A DNA stretch of 64,000 nucleotides from assembly GCA_052281595.1 (NCBI GenBank), contig DAWBRY010000004.1, forward strand, positions 67,854 through 131,853, in the 5' to 3' direction. The translations under genes and the position numbers were made by a program. This stretch comes from Collinsella sp. (GTDB lineage: Bacteria > Actinomycetota > Coriobacteriia > Coriobacteriales > Coriobacteriaceae). Below are positions 1 through 9,731 of this stretch, one piece after another; within the stretch, counting starts at the first letter, position 1; every line of letters starts with the position of its first letter. The notes below the pieces were generated by a model. The model was not told the origin of the DNA and ran no database searches. It saw only the letters and a program-made list of their open reading frames with translations.

Positions 1-11
1 AAGGACACGCC

Positions 12-968
12 ATGCAGCCGCTCGAAATCGACTCCGCCGTATTCTGCGACGGCGCGCACTACACGATCATCTCCCGCGAGAACTCCAGCATCCTAACCTG
101 CCCCGTCACGAGCGGGGCGGGCGGATACACGCTCAACAGGGTCGGGGGAAGCGAAATCGACCGGGAAATCGGCGGCCTGACGGGGCACGCCGCGTGCATC
201 GCCGTCGACGTCCCGACCTGGTGCCGCATCGCCGGCGACCCGCTCGACGCGGTGGCCGACGCGCTCGCCGACCTGCTGGATGAGACGCCGACCCGCTTCG
301 AGCTCGAACAGCTCGCGGCGGCCTCCCCCTCCCTCACGGCCAACACGCCGGGCATCCCCGTGTTCCCAGGAGGCATCGCGCCCGCCGCGAACTCCTACAC
401 GCTCGCCGGGTGCTGCCGCGCCGCGCTCGTGCGCGGGCTGTCGAGCCCGGAGCTGTACGCCACAGCGCTCATGGCCGCCGAGACGGCGATCTCGACGGCC
501 CGGCGGTTCGGCGGAAAGGTCCCGGAAGCGATCGGCACCTCCGAGGGACTGTTCTCCGCCACGATCGGCATCGGCGGGATCGATACAGCCGAGATCGGCG
601 TCAACTGCGTCGACGCGCGCAGTGACGGGGGCGTCCTGATCGAGGGCGCCGCCTATCCCATCGCGGACGGCGGGAAGGAGCGCGCGTTCTTCGGGTTCGT
701 GGACACCGCAGAGGACTCGAGAGACTACATGCGCGAGGTCCCGGACGGCGCCGACGGCTTCAAGCGGCTCGCCGATGCGGCCCTGGCCGCATCATGCGCC
801 ACGCTGTCGCCCAACACGGCCGACCCGTGCCTCGTGGCGCGCCTCGCCGCCGAGTCGCGCGAGCGCTCCCGCTCGCTCACCGACCCGGGCACGCAGGCCC
901 GCGGCGCCAAGAGGGCCGCGGGCTCGAGCGCGCGGGACGGTGCCGCCGGGCGCGGGCCGGCGCTCTAG
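12..968 (+). CDS. hypothetical protein. Its C-terminus (GAKRAAGSSARDGAAGRGPAL) loosely resembles the array tail motif.
   Basis: Intact 318-aa ORF in a high-GC context, followed by a hairpin at 975-995 (cttcccgttcgggaa). No recognisable catalytic motifs. Confidence 0.45.
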   Translation: MQPLEIDSAVFCDGAHYTIISRENSSILTCPVTSGAGGYTLNRVGGSEIDREIGGLTGHAACIAVDVPTWCRIAGDPLDAVADALADLLDETPTRFELEQLAAASPSLTANTPGIPVFPGGIAPAANSYTLAGCCRAALVRGLSSPELYATALMAAETAISTARRFGGKVPEAIGTSEGLFSATIGIGGIDTAEIGVNCVDARSDGGVLIEGAAYPIADGGKERAFFGFVDTAEDSRDYMREVPDGADGFKRLADAALAASCATLSPNTADPCLVARLAAESRERSRSLTDPGTQARGAKRAAGSSARDGAAGRGPAL

Positions 969-974
969 AGCCGG

Positions 975-998
975 CGCTTCCCGTTCGGGAACAAGCGT
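975..998 (+). terminator. Hairpin terminator with the conserved TTCCCGTTCGGGAA loop. The same loop recurs at 6757, 8650, 10873, 13250, 14277 and 18130.
   Basis: Inverted repeat gcgcttcccgttcgggaacaagcg directly after the stop codon. Confidence 0.4.
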
Positions 999-1086
999 TC
1001 ACATGACAGCGGCCCGACCCTATCATCAGGGCAATATCCACTCCGCCGCCGCTTCTCCGCGGCGGCTCCCCTTAAGGAGCTGCGCC

Positions 1087-2031
1087 ATGGAGCACATCGT
1101 CCTCGAATATGACGAGAGCACGCGCACCGCGCTCGTCGTCGCCACGTCCAACAAACGCGAGCCCGTCCTGAGCGGGCACGCCTCGCCCTACATCGTCGCC
1201 GACGGATACGATTTCGAGTCCCGTTCCTGGGGAGCCGGGCACTACTTCACCGATATCGCCGCGGCCAAGATCGACTACGAGCGCTCGTGCCGCCATTCCT
1301 ATCCTCTAGCGGAGGGCAGGCTGCGCGATGACGAGTTCTGCACGATCCGCTGGTGCCGCGAGGATGTCGCCACCGCGCTCTCCGAATACCTCTCCTACCC
1401 CATCCCCGCCACCAAAAAGAATATCGATGACGTGGTCGGTCAGCTCATGGCGCACGGCAGCTTCCAGGACCGCTCCATCGAGGACGGCTGGGAGACCATC
1501 AGCGCCATCATCGACGAGGATGCGCTCGACCTTGGTCTCTCGACAAAACAGGGCGTGGACTTCTACAGGGATGCCTTCGGGCACTGGAACTCCACCGAGG
1601 CCATCGTCTGGCCGAGCAGCGAGGGTGACGCCGCGTTCGTCATGGCGGTACCCGCCGACAGCGAGGACGGCGACCTTGCTGTCTACAAGATCGATGCCTG
1701 CCTCATCGGGGACGACGAGATCACCATCGACGATATCGAGCGACTGGGCGGCAAACGCGAGCTGTGCGTGTACAAGCACGGCTTCGACGGCATCGAGGCC
1801 ATCCGCAACTTCGCCAACCGCGTCGCGGTCGATAGGTTCGATGAGCGTTTCGGGGTCAACAACCTGTACGGCGAGTTGCCCGATCTCGCCCCGACGCTGC
1901 GCAAGGTGACCGAGGGTGCCCGCACGGCCGTGCAGCAGCCCCGCGACCCGCAGGCCATCGCCGCGGCCGCGCTGTCGGCCGCCGAGGGCGGCGCGAAGAC
2001 CGCCGTCGAGCACGTCGGCAACAAGCACTGA
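1087..2031 (+). CDS. Array cargo protein, family A. Has an N-terminal 'HIVLEYDE…PYIVADGYD…W…DI..AKI.YE…EGRL.DDEF…RW.R.D…YPIPATKxNID' domain and the conserved C-terminal tail.
   Basis: RBS AAGGAG 7 nt upstream of ATG 1087. N-terminal domain shared with ORFs 2091, 2717 and 3732. Tail …AAAALSAAEGGAKTAVEHVGNKH. Confidence 0.7.
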   Translation: MEHIVLEYDESTRTALVVATSNKREPVLSGHASPYIVADGYDFESRSWGAGHYFTDIAAAKIDYERSCRHSYPLAEGRLRDDEFCTIRWCREDVATALSEYLSYPIPATKKNIDDVVGQLMAHGSFQDRSIEDGWETISAIIDEDALDLGLSTKQGVDFYRDAFGHWNSTEAIVWPSSEGDAAFVMAVPADSEDGDLAVYKIDACLIGDDEITIDDIERLGGKRELCVYKHGFDGIEAIRNFANRVAVDRFDERFGVNNLYGELPDLAPTLRKVTEGARTAVQQPRDPQAIAAAALSAAEGGAKTAVEHVGNKH

Positions 2032-2090
2032 GTTCACTTTGCCGCGGCGGGCGGTTCCTGCCGCGGCGCTTTTCGTTTGGGAGTTTCAAC

Positions 2091-2675
2091 ATGGATGGAA
2101 CCATCGATTTCATCGTCCTCGAGCACGACGACGTCGCCGGGTGCGCCCTCATCGCCGGTGCCGTCGACGGGGTCGTGCCTGCCATCGACGGGCACAACAC
2201 GCCCTACATCGTCGCCATGGGATACGACCATCCGACCCGCAACTGGGAGGACTGCACGCTGTTCGACGACATCGTGAAGGCGAAACTCGCCTACGAGGGA
2301 TTGCGCGGGCGGGAATACCCGCTTGACGTGGCCATGCGCAGGGACGATTCCGCCACGTTGAATGCCCGCGCGCTCACCGATGCGGAGCTCGCAATCGAAA
2401 TCGAGAAGGCGGGCGCCGCGATGGTCGAGCATGTCGATGCCCATATGGCGCATGTCCACGGCCTCGGCGGCAGCGAGGACGACAGCGCCGCATACTACGC
2501 CGCCCGGAAAAGGCACGCGGACCTGAGGCTCGAGAAGGACCGCAGGCTCCACGCATCGATAGATCTCGGACAGAGGGAAGGTCCACGCGAGCCGCAAGCC
2601 ATGGCCGCAGCAGCCGCCAAGGCCGCGCTGAAACGCGACGGGGTCGAGCTCGGACGAAGCGGCAAGAAACAATAG
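2091..2675 (+). CDS. Array cargo protein, family A. Short form: N-terminal domain plus tail only.
   Basis: MDGTIDFIVLEHDD…PYIVAMGYDHPTRNWEDCTLFDDIVKAKLAYE. The tail is …AAAAAKAALKRDGVELGRSGKKQ. Confidence 0.65.
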   Translation: MDGTIDFIVLEHDDVAGCALIAGAVDGVVPAIDGHNTPYIVAMGYDHPTRNWEDCTLFDDIVKAKLAYEGLRGREYPLDVAMRRDDSATLNARALTDAELAIEIEKAGAAMVEHVDAHMAHVHGLGGSEDDSAAYYAARKRHADLRLEKDRRLHASIDLGQREGPREPQAMAAAAAKAALKRDGVELGRSGKKQ

Positions 2676-2716
2676 GACCGCCACACCGCCCGCGGCAATA
2701 TGATTGGAGTATCGAA

Positions 2717-3682
2717 ATGGAGACCGTCCCGCATGTCGTCCTAGAGTATGGCAAATGGAGCGATTGCGCGCTGGTCGCGCTGACCGACGACGCCCACTCG
2801 GCAGTGCGCGACGGCACCGACATGCCCTATCTCGTTACGAGCGGCTACCACCGCGGATCGCGCACCTGGGCCAGGGCAACACCGTTCGGCGACATCACGC
2901 GCGCCAAGGTCGTCTTCGAGCACCGTGTCGGCCGCGACTACGCCCCCAACGAAGGCAGGCTCCACGACGACGAGGTCATCGCCTGCCGCTGGCGCCGTGG
3001 CGATATCGCCGGGGTCCTGGAGGAGTCGCTTGACTATCCCATCCCCGCGACGAAGGAGAACATCGATACCGCTATCGGGCAGATCGCGCATGTGCAGGAC
3101 CGCCTCATCGAGGATGGATGGAGGGAGATCGTCGATTCCATCCGCGAGGAACGTCTCGACCTCGGTCTCGGCAGCTCCCAGGCGGATAACTTCTACAGGG
3201 GCGTCTACGACGTGACCGCGCACCATAATTCGATGTTCTGGCCGTCGGGCGACGGCAGCGCGGTGCATGTGTCCCATTGCCGCCTGGGAGACGGCCCCTC
3301 GTTCGGGCTCACCGTCCGAACGATCCCGGCCGCGGCCATCGGCAACGAAACCGTCACCTTCGAGAAGATCGACCGATTGGGCGGGAAAATCGAGCTTTGC
3401 GTGGATAGCATCGATCAGGACATCGAGAAGGTCCGCGCCTTCGCCAGCTCATCGCCCGCCGTCCGCGCCTTCGTCGAACCCCTTTGCGCCTATATCCCGG
3501 CACCGAGCGATTCGGTCGGGGAGCAAAAGCGCGACATCTCGCCCTACCTGCGGCAGACCGCGCGGCGCTGCCAGCGCATCTCGCACCCGATCGACCCGCC
3601 AGAGACGGCATCGGCGGCGGCGAGCGCCGCATTCGGCGGCGCGGCGGCCCTGCCGGCACATCGCGGGTATAAGCACCAATAA
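2717..3682 (+). CDS. Array cargo protein, family A.
   Basis: METVPHVVLEYGKW…PYLVTSGYHRGSRTW…YPIPATKENIDTAIGQIAH. The tail is …ASAAASAAFGGAAALPAHRGYKHQ. Confidence 0.7.
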   Translation: METVPHVVLEYGKWSDCALVALTDDAHSAVRDGTDMPYLVTSGYHRGSRTWARATPFGDITRAKVVFEHRVGRDYAPNEGRLHDDEVIACRWRRGDIAGVLEESLDYPIPATKENIDTAIGQIAHVQDRLIEDGWREIVDSIREERLDLGLGSSQADNFYRGVYDVTAHHNSMFWPSGDGSAVHVSHCRLGDGPSFGLTVRTIPAAAIGNETVTFEKIDRLGGKIELCVDSIDQDIEKVRAFASSSPAVRAFVEPLCAYIPAPSDSVGEQKRDISPYLRQTARRCQRISHPIDPPETASAAASAAFGGAAALPAHRGYKHQ

Positions 3683-3731
3683 CCAGCGACGGACACCTGC
3701 TTCCGCCGCCCTATCCGTTAGGAGACCCAAC

Positions 3732-4700
3732 ATGAACGACAAGCTGGACCATTTCGTGCTCGAATACGACGATGCGAGCGGTAACGCGCTGCTCGCGATG
3801 ACCGAGGGCGACGGCAGCCTCATCGCGGACGGCGCGGGCCTTCCGTATGCCTTGGCCCGCGGCTACGACGCGAATGCACGCACCTGGGAGTCGATCGAGC
3901 CCTTCGACGACGTGACGCGCGCCAAACTCCACTACGAGAAGGCCTGCGGACGCGAGTACGTGCCCACCGGCGGCAAGCTCTACGATGACGAGTTCATCAC
4001 GCTCCGGTGGCGGCGTCAGGACATCGCCGACTCGCTCGAGTCCGATTTCGGTCACTTCGGCGTGCCCATCCCCGCGACCGATGAGAATATCGAGCGCGCG
4101 TTGGATCAGCTCGGTAACCACATCGACGATGCGATCTACGAGGCGGGTTGGGACGTTATCCACGACCGCCTCGATGTCCGCTCGTTTGACCTGGGGGTCG
4201 GACACAGCAAACAAGCCAAGGAGTTCTACGAGCAGGTCTTCGAGTGCGACGGCGACTTCTATCCCACCGTCAACGTCTGGCCCGCGGTCGACGGCAGCGG
4301 TGTGCACGTCTCCGTCTGCCCCGTCACTTTCGCAGAGCGCGACCTGGCCGTCTACAAGGTCGACGCCGGCAAGATCGGCGATGGACCCATCACGATCCCC
4401 GACCTCGATGACATCGGTACGCGCGAGGTCCATGTCGACGATTTCACCGAGAAGCCCGAGGAGGTGCGCCTCTTCCTGCGTACGGACGGCGACGTGTACC
4501 TGTTCGGGTCCAGCCTGGGCAAGTCGCTCGCCGTCGAGGATGCGGACGAGGAGGATATCGCCTACGCCCTGCGCGAGGTGCGCACCTACTGCAAGGACGC
4601 TACCGAGAAGCGCGACCCGCAGCTCATCTGCGCCAAGGCCCAAGCCGCCGCGGCCAAATCGGCCACGGCCGAGGGCGATGCCGGCGGCAAGAAGCTCTAG
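3732..4700 (+). CDS. Array cargo protein, family A.
   Basis: MNDKLDHFVLEYDD…PYALARGYDANARTW…VPIPATDENIERALDQLGNH. The tail is …AKAQAAAAKSATAEGDAGGKKL. Confidence 0.7.
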   Translation: MNDKLDHFVLEYDDASGNALLAMTEGDGSLIADGAGLPYALARGYDANARTWESIEPFDDVTRAKLHYEKACGREYVPTGGKLYDDEFITLRWRRQDIADSLESDFGHFGVPIPATDENIERALDQLGNHIDDAIYEAGWDVIHDRLDVRSFDLGVGHSKQAKEFYEQVFECDGDFYPTVNVWPAVDGSGVHVSVCPVTFAERDLAVYKVDAGKIGDGPITIPDLDDIGTREVHVDDFTEKPEEVRLFLRTDGDVYLFGSSLGKSLAVEDADEEDIAYALREVRTYCKDATEKRDPQLICAKAQAAAAKSATAEGDAGGKKL

Positions 4701-4706
4701 CGCGCC

Positions 4707-6323
4707 ATGGCCACCCCGACCGTCCGAACGGTAAACGCGCAAAACCAAAACCATCTGGTCCATGCCGCCTCGAACGAGGCGGGATGGCGACGCTATCTCG
4801 AGACGCTTTCCAGGCACACGGGATGCGCCAACGCCTTCTACAACCTGTCCGCGATGAACTGTGCGGGGCTCGCCGCATCCGATTGGCACGAATCCCGCGA
4901 GATCCTGCCCATCGCCACATGGAAGTCCCTCTTCCCCGGCGCGGACATCAAGCCCGCCGACGGGTGCACGGGCGTCTACTGCGTCAAGTCCAGGCCGCGC
5001 GGCTCGGGCGGCGGGCTGTTCTATGTCGACGAGCTGTTCCCGCCCGCGCTTCTCGTGGGACTGCCTCCCACGATGCTCAGGGGCGCGGCCCGCGTTCTCG
5101 ACCTCTCGGTCGATATCGCGGCGGCGTCATGGAGCGATGCCGAGGCCGGGCTGTACCGTATAGTCAACGTCGCCGATATGGACAGCGACACCGACGCGGC
5201 CCCGGAGGCTGAGCGCGTGCCGGTCGCATGGGTCGACCTCGATCAGAACACCCGCTTCGTCATCGAGGCGCACTTCCGCGCCCAGGGTCCCGGGTGCGCC
5301 AGCCCCGTGCTTCCGCCCGACGACGTGAAGGGCAAGGCCTCCTCGCTCAAGATGTACGTCAACGAGATCGTGAAGACCGCGGCGCCCCTCATCAAGCAGA
5401 TGCGCAACGGCTACCGCGCGGCCTTCGAGAGGCACCGCCGCGACGTCATCCCCGAAAGCGGCCCAGATAGGGATAACGGCCCCGATGCCGCCGTCGGCGG
5501 CGCCGGGGCGAAGGCGGGGGACGTGCAGGAACCCCACCCCGACGAAGGCGGCGGCCGGCCCGCACCGGTGGAAGCCAAGGAAGACCGCGGCGGCCCGGGC
5601 GTCTATGTGGGCAACCTCGCGCGGGAGCCCATCGAGAGGGCCATGAGGGCGATCGGCAGACACTCCAGGGCGGATGGCGATCGGGTGGATATGGAGACCG
5701 CGGCCTCCCCCTCTTCGGAAACCGCCGGGGATGCCGGCGCTATCGGCCGACACTTCGCGCGGAAGGGCGAAACCGTTGACTCCCCCGTGGCCGGCGACCA
5801 GGTCGGGAGCCGTAAGGGGACGGATGTCGAGACGGTTTCCCGCCCGGAGGCCCCTCCCGTGCCGTTGCGGGCCGCAGGGACCGACGATGGAGGCCCCGAC
5901 GTGAAATCAGGTCGGGAAACAGTCGGAGATACAGGCGGGGCCGTACCGGCCAGAGAGGTCGGGCGGCCCGCAGAGTCGCGCACAGAGGCCCGTGAGCGCC
6001 GACGGGAGCGCCTGGGGCGACACGGACGGCCGTCCGAGCGCGGTGCGGACGATGGCGGAGAGGTCGATACCATGCGCCCGCATGGGCGGCGCTACCGCCG
6101 CATGGATGGCGAGGACGCGGACGGCAACGGTCCCGAGCTCCATGCGATGCGCCGGCGGCGCGCCGGCGAGGCCAAGCCCGCGCCCGAGGCGCCGCCCGAG
6201 AAGTACTATCCGCACGGCCGCCCGCCGCGGGAGACCGCGGGGCACGCGAAGAGCGCCGCGGCCCGGACCGCGAAGGACCGCGGAAAGAAGAAGAAACCGC
6301 CGACGGGCAAGGGCTCGTCGTAA
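4707..6323 (+). CDS. Hypothetical protein with a long disordered Arg/Gly/Asp-rich C-terminal half ending in KKKKPPTGKGSS.
   Basis: 538-aa ORF. The N-terminal ~250 aa look globular. The C-terminal half is low-complexity and basic. Confidence 0.45.
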   Translation: MATPTVRTVNAQNQNHLVHAASNEAGWRRYLETLSRHTGCANAFYNLSAMNCAGLAASDWHESREILPIATWKSLFPGADIKPADGCTGVYCVKSRPRGSGGGLFYVDELFPPALLVGLPPTMLRGAARVLDLSVDIAAASWSDAEAGLYRIVNVADMDSDTDAAPEAERVPVAWVDLDQNTRFVIEAHFRAQGPGCASPVLPPDDVKGKASSLKMYVNEIVKTAAPLIKQMRNGYRAAFERHRRDVIPESGPDRDNGPDAAVGGAGAKAGDVQEPHPDEGGGRPAPVEAKEDRGGPGVYVGNLAREPIERAMRAIGRHSRADGDRVDMETAASPSSETAGDAGAIGRHFARKGETVDSPVAGDQVGSRKGTDVETVSRPEAPPVPLRAAGTDDGGPDVKSGRETVGDTGGAVPAREVGRPAESRTEARERRRERLGRHGRPSERGADDGGEVDTMRPHGRRYRRMDGEDADGNGPELHAMRRRRAGEAKPAPEAPPEKYYPHGRPPRETAGHAKSAAARTAKDRGKKKKPPTGKGSS

Positions 6324-6337
6324 GGAGATTGGTCTAT

Positions 6338-6751
6338 ATGGTTGAAAGACTCGAGGCGGCGGCCGAGGCCGGCGCCGAATACTACATGGTGACGGTCTCC
6401 GAGTCCGTCACCTTCAGCTATCCCGCGCTCGCCACGGACGCCGAGGCCGCCCGCGAGAAGGTCGCCGCGCTCATCGAGGCGGGACGCGTCCGCGCTCCGC
6501 TCGACCTGGTCGGGGCGCCGTGCCGCCGCGAGGGAATCGAGGTCGTGGATGCCGTGGAGTCCGAGGACCTGAGCTGTAGGCAGGTCTGCGCCCAGACGCT
6601 CATGCCGGGCGAGGCCGAACGGCTCGTCGACGACGTCGAGGCCGGAAAGCTCTACGAGAAGACGCCTCCGCAGATGGCGCATGCCGCCAAGTCGATCCTC
6701 AAGAAGACCGGCTCGGGCAAGCTGACGCCGACCAAGCGGCAGAGGAAGTAA
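6338..6751 (+). CDS. Small hypothetical protein with a tail variant (…AAKSILKKTGSGKLTPTKRQRK).
   Basis: RBS TAAGGAGA upstream of ATG 6338. Followed by hairpin ggggttcccgttcgggaacc at ~6755. Confidence 0.5.
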   Translation: MVERLEAAAEAGAEYYMVTVSESVTFSYPALATDAEAAREKVAALIEAGRVRAPLDLVGAPCRREGIEVVDAVESEDLSCRQVCAQTLMPGEAERLVDDVEAGKLYEKTPPQMAHAAKSILKKTGSGKLTPTKRQRK

Positions 6752-6859
6752 GGGGTTCCCGTTCGGGAACCTTACGGGCCGCCGGACCGCATCGCGGGAC
6801 GGCGGCCCTACCATTTCGGGTATAAGAGTGCCGGCTTTCACGAATTGGAGCGCATCGAT

Positions 6860-8562
6860 ATGGATGAGCACGAAGAGAATTTCAAGGATATTTTCAGATA
6901 TACCGATGTGGAGTACACGCCCGACGGCTATACGGACGTGTACCGCTGGGACGATTTCCTCGTGATCGCGGGCGACCACGTCTACAGCGCCATGGATACC
7001 ATCGATTCGGTTTCCCCCGGCGGCGAGTACGAGGGTTCGACCCGCAATATGCCTACACCTGCGAGATCGTCGGGTGCGGCGATCTGTTCGACGGCTGCGC
7101 GCTGTTCCGTCCGGTGTCCCACGACGGGGAGGACTATACCCAAATCGCCTTCCTGCGCAGCGACATCGACGATTCCACCGGGGAGTATACCGAACGTTTC
7201 GAGGCCGGGTCGTTCGATATGCCCGCTGCCGATGCCTTGCGTTTCGACCTCGCCGTCGATCTTATGGATTATTTCAGCGGCAGGACGTTCGAGGGCGAGC
7301 CCGGCGTGAGCCGCGGTCTCGAACCGCGCGAGGCCGTCGCCGCCGTGGAGGGAGCCACCGGCTGCGACCTCAATTTCTTCGAAGACTTTTGGCTCGGCTC
7401 TCCCGGCGAGATAGTGGAGAGCGTCCACGTCGGTCCCTATACGAAGCAAAGCCTTCTCGACTTCTCGTATTATGCCAAGGAGCTGTCGCGCAGATACGGG
7501 TTCGCCGATAGCGATATCCTCGAAATCGCCCGCCACCTGCCTGAGGAATGCCCCGACCGCTTCGCGGCGGTAAAGGCCTACCTCGATTGCGAGTACGTGC
7601 CGGACGGCGATGCGCCCGACGAGAAGACCTACCGCTGGGGCGACTTCCTCGAGATTGCCGGCGGGGACGCCCGCTACGCGGCCATGCTCGTCGACAGGAC
7701 CGCGGCGGGCGAGTCCGAAGAGGGCCTTCACCCCGAGACGCTTGTCGACCAGGACATCCGCGACGGCGAGGCCTTCATGCTCGCCGGGCGGCCCATCGCC
7801 CCGGAGGACGCCTACGACCTGCCCGGAACCGTCCACGGACTCTATAAGGAGCTCGCGGACAACGTCGACCGCTCCGGCATGCTCTTCCGCGACTGGCGCG
7901 GCTTTGCCGCCGGCACCGATGCGGACGATGTGCTGCGCGCGATCGAGGCCGCGTTCGGCGAGACCGAGTACAGCCGCGCGGGCACCGTGCTCGGCGCCTA
8001 TGCCGACGACACGTTCATGTCGCCTCTTCATGTTGCGCAGGATGCCCCGCGCGACGTCACGCCGCTCACGCCCTGGGAAGACGAGGACGGGGTGGCGTTC
8101 CTGTCGCGCACCCTTGATGCCGATGCGGGCGCGCCCGTCCCCTGCCTGTGGTACTGCATGCGCGACGGGGAGCAGGGCTTCGAGGTCGGCGGCGTCAAGC
8201 TCGACTGCTCGAAAATCGGCTTCGACGAGGTCTCCGCGGCGGCGGCCTCCAACGGCATCGACAGCGTCCTCGCCTATCTCGGGGAATCCCCCCGCGGCCT
8301 TGAACCGCTGTGCGATATCGCCGTGCGCCGTGTCGATGCCGGGATGCCCGATACGGTCAGACACTTCGGCAGCCAGGACGAGGCCATGGCGATGCTCGGC
8401 GCGATAACGGGATGCAGGGTCCAGGCCTACGGCATCGACACGCTCACCTACCGCGCCTCGCTCGGCAACGCCGCGGCGGCGAAGCTCGCCGCGGGGGCGC
8501 TCGCGATGAACGATCGCCTCAGCGGGCGCGGTGACGCGGTCGAGGCCGGGCGCCGTCTCTAG
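6860..8562 (+). pseudogene. Frameshifted cargo gene. An N-terminal segment (6860-~7035, frame 2) continues in frame 1 to 8562, and there is an internal domain duplication.
   Basis: Frame 2 reads …DIFRYTDVEYTPDGYTDVYRWDDFLVIAGDHVYSAMDTIDSVSPGGEYEG. Frame 1 then reads FDPQYAYTCEIVGCGDLFDG… continuously to 8562. The segment KAYLDCEYVPDGDAPDEKTYRWGDFLEIAGGDARYAAMLVDRT in the downstream part repeats the N-terminal motif. There is a single ±1 shift near 7031-7040. Confidence 0.45.
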
Positions 8563-8772
8563 CGAATTGGCTTGCGTCGGCGTGATATTTGGCCCGGGGC
8601 CCTTTTCGGGTCCGGGGCCTTTTGCGTTCAAGGCCTCGACAGGCCTGTCGATTTCCCGTTCGGGAAAGAGGGTGCGTGGCCATGACTGTTGGCGATTTGG
8701 TCGGGTACTATCGGTCTATAGCGGTGACCGGACCAGTCCCGTGCCTTCGTTTCCAACCGAAAGGACTTCGCC

Positions 8773-9708
8773 ATGGATCTCTTCATGCCCGCGGAACGCG
8801 TCCTCTACGACCGGGCCTACTACCTCTCCGATGAGGCGGAGAGAGACTACGCCTTCGAGGTCGCCGAGGAGCACGGGATCGACGTGGGCGAAGTGCTGTA
8901 CTCCGACGAGCTCATGAAGGAGGTCCGCGATGCGCTCGACAGGGACATCGACCTCTATCTCGACGACGAGATCGCCAACTTCGATTCCATGCTCCGCGAG
9001 CTGAAGCGCGGCGAGAACCCGGAGCACCCGGCTGAGATCTCCGTGGTCGCCATGGGGTCGGTCGGGCGCTGGGACGGTCCCTCCCGCGGCCTCGTCGCGG
9101 CCAACTCGCTGCGCGACCTCATCGACGGGAAGGGCAGCGCGGACGCCCTCGTGGATTGCCGGATCGACCGACTCGTCGACACGAACGGCACGTTCAGCAT
9201 CGAGGCGTCCCACCATGACGGCACCGCCTACCTGGACGTGCGGCTCATCTCCGGGGTATCGTTCGATGGCAAGGGGTTCAGACTCGGAGGCGAGCTCTAT
9301 GCTCCCGGCAAGATGGACCTAGATGATTTCCATATCCTCCTCGGCAACCTCTACGATGCGCCCGGTGTCGGGCCGTGCTCGCTGCCGCATTTCGCGGAGC
9401 GCGCCTACGGCGCGGCGCAGCAGTCGTACCGCTTCGGGGAGACTGTGTTCGATATCTACTGTGAAACCGGCGGCACAGACAGGCCCTATAAGGTCATGGT
9501 CTCGGCGGGAGAGACTGTCGGCAAGGATGCGGGAACCCGTTTCGCCTCCGTCGAAGAGGCGAAAGCGTGGTGCTATCGGTACTCCATGCGCGAGCTCGCC
9601 GACAAGGAGAAGAAGCCCGTCCCGGGCGAGGCCGCCTCGGCCGCGAAGAAGGCCGCCGGGTGTTCCGGCGGGGACGGCGCCGGGGATGCCGGCGCGATCA
9701 AGCTGTAA
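8773..9708 (+). CDS. Array cargo protein with the conserved C-terminal tail.
   Basis: 311-aa ORF. The tail is …ASAAKKAAGCSGGDGAGDAGAIKL. Confidence 0.65.
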   Translation: MDLFMPAERVLYDRAYYLSDEAERDYAFEVAEEHGIDVGEVLYSDELMKEVRDALDRDIDLYLDDEIANFDSMLRELKRGENPEHPAEISVVAMGSVGRWDGPSRGLVAANSLRDLIDGKGSADALVDCRIDRLVDTNGTFSIEASHHDGTAYLDVRLISGVSFDGKGFRLGGELYAPGKMDLDDFHILLGNLYDAPGVGPCSLPHFAERAYGAAQQSYRFGETVFDIYCETGGTDRPYKVMVSAGETVGKDAGTRFASVEEAKAWCYRYSMRELADKEKKPVPGEAASAAKKAAGCSGGDGAGDAGAIKL

Positions 9709-9731
9709 GGCGCGTTTGAAAGGATACGGAC

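Noticed and set aside
280-639. Numerous Arg/Pro/Ser-rich alternative-frame ORFs, e.g. 280..639, 1328..1909, 7610..8407, 19618..20274, 3985..4734, 60837..61376 and 60963..61544
   Set aside because: Their low-complexity, biased composition is typical of out-of-frame translation of high-GC coding DNA, and they overlap better-supported genes.
6982-8631. 549-aa minus-strand ORF
   Set aside because: It is the shadow frame opposite the frameshifted array gene 6860..8562, with no motifs.
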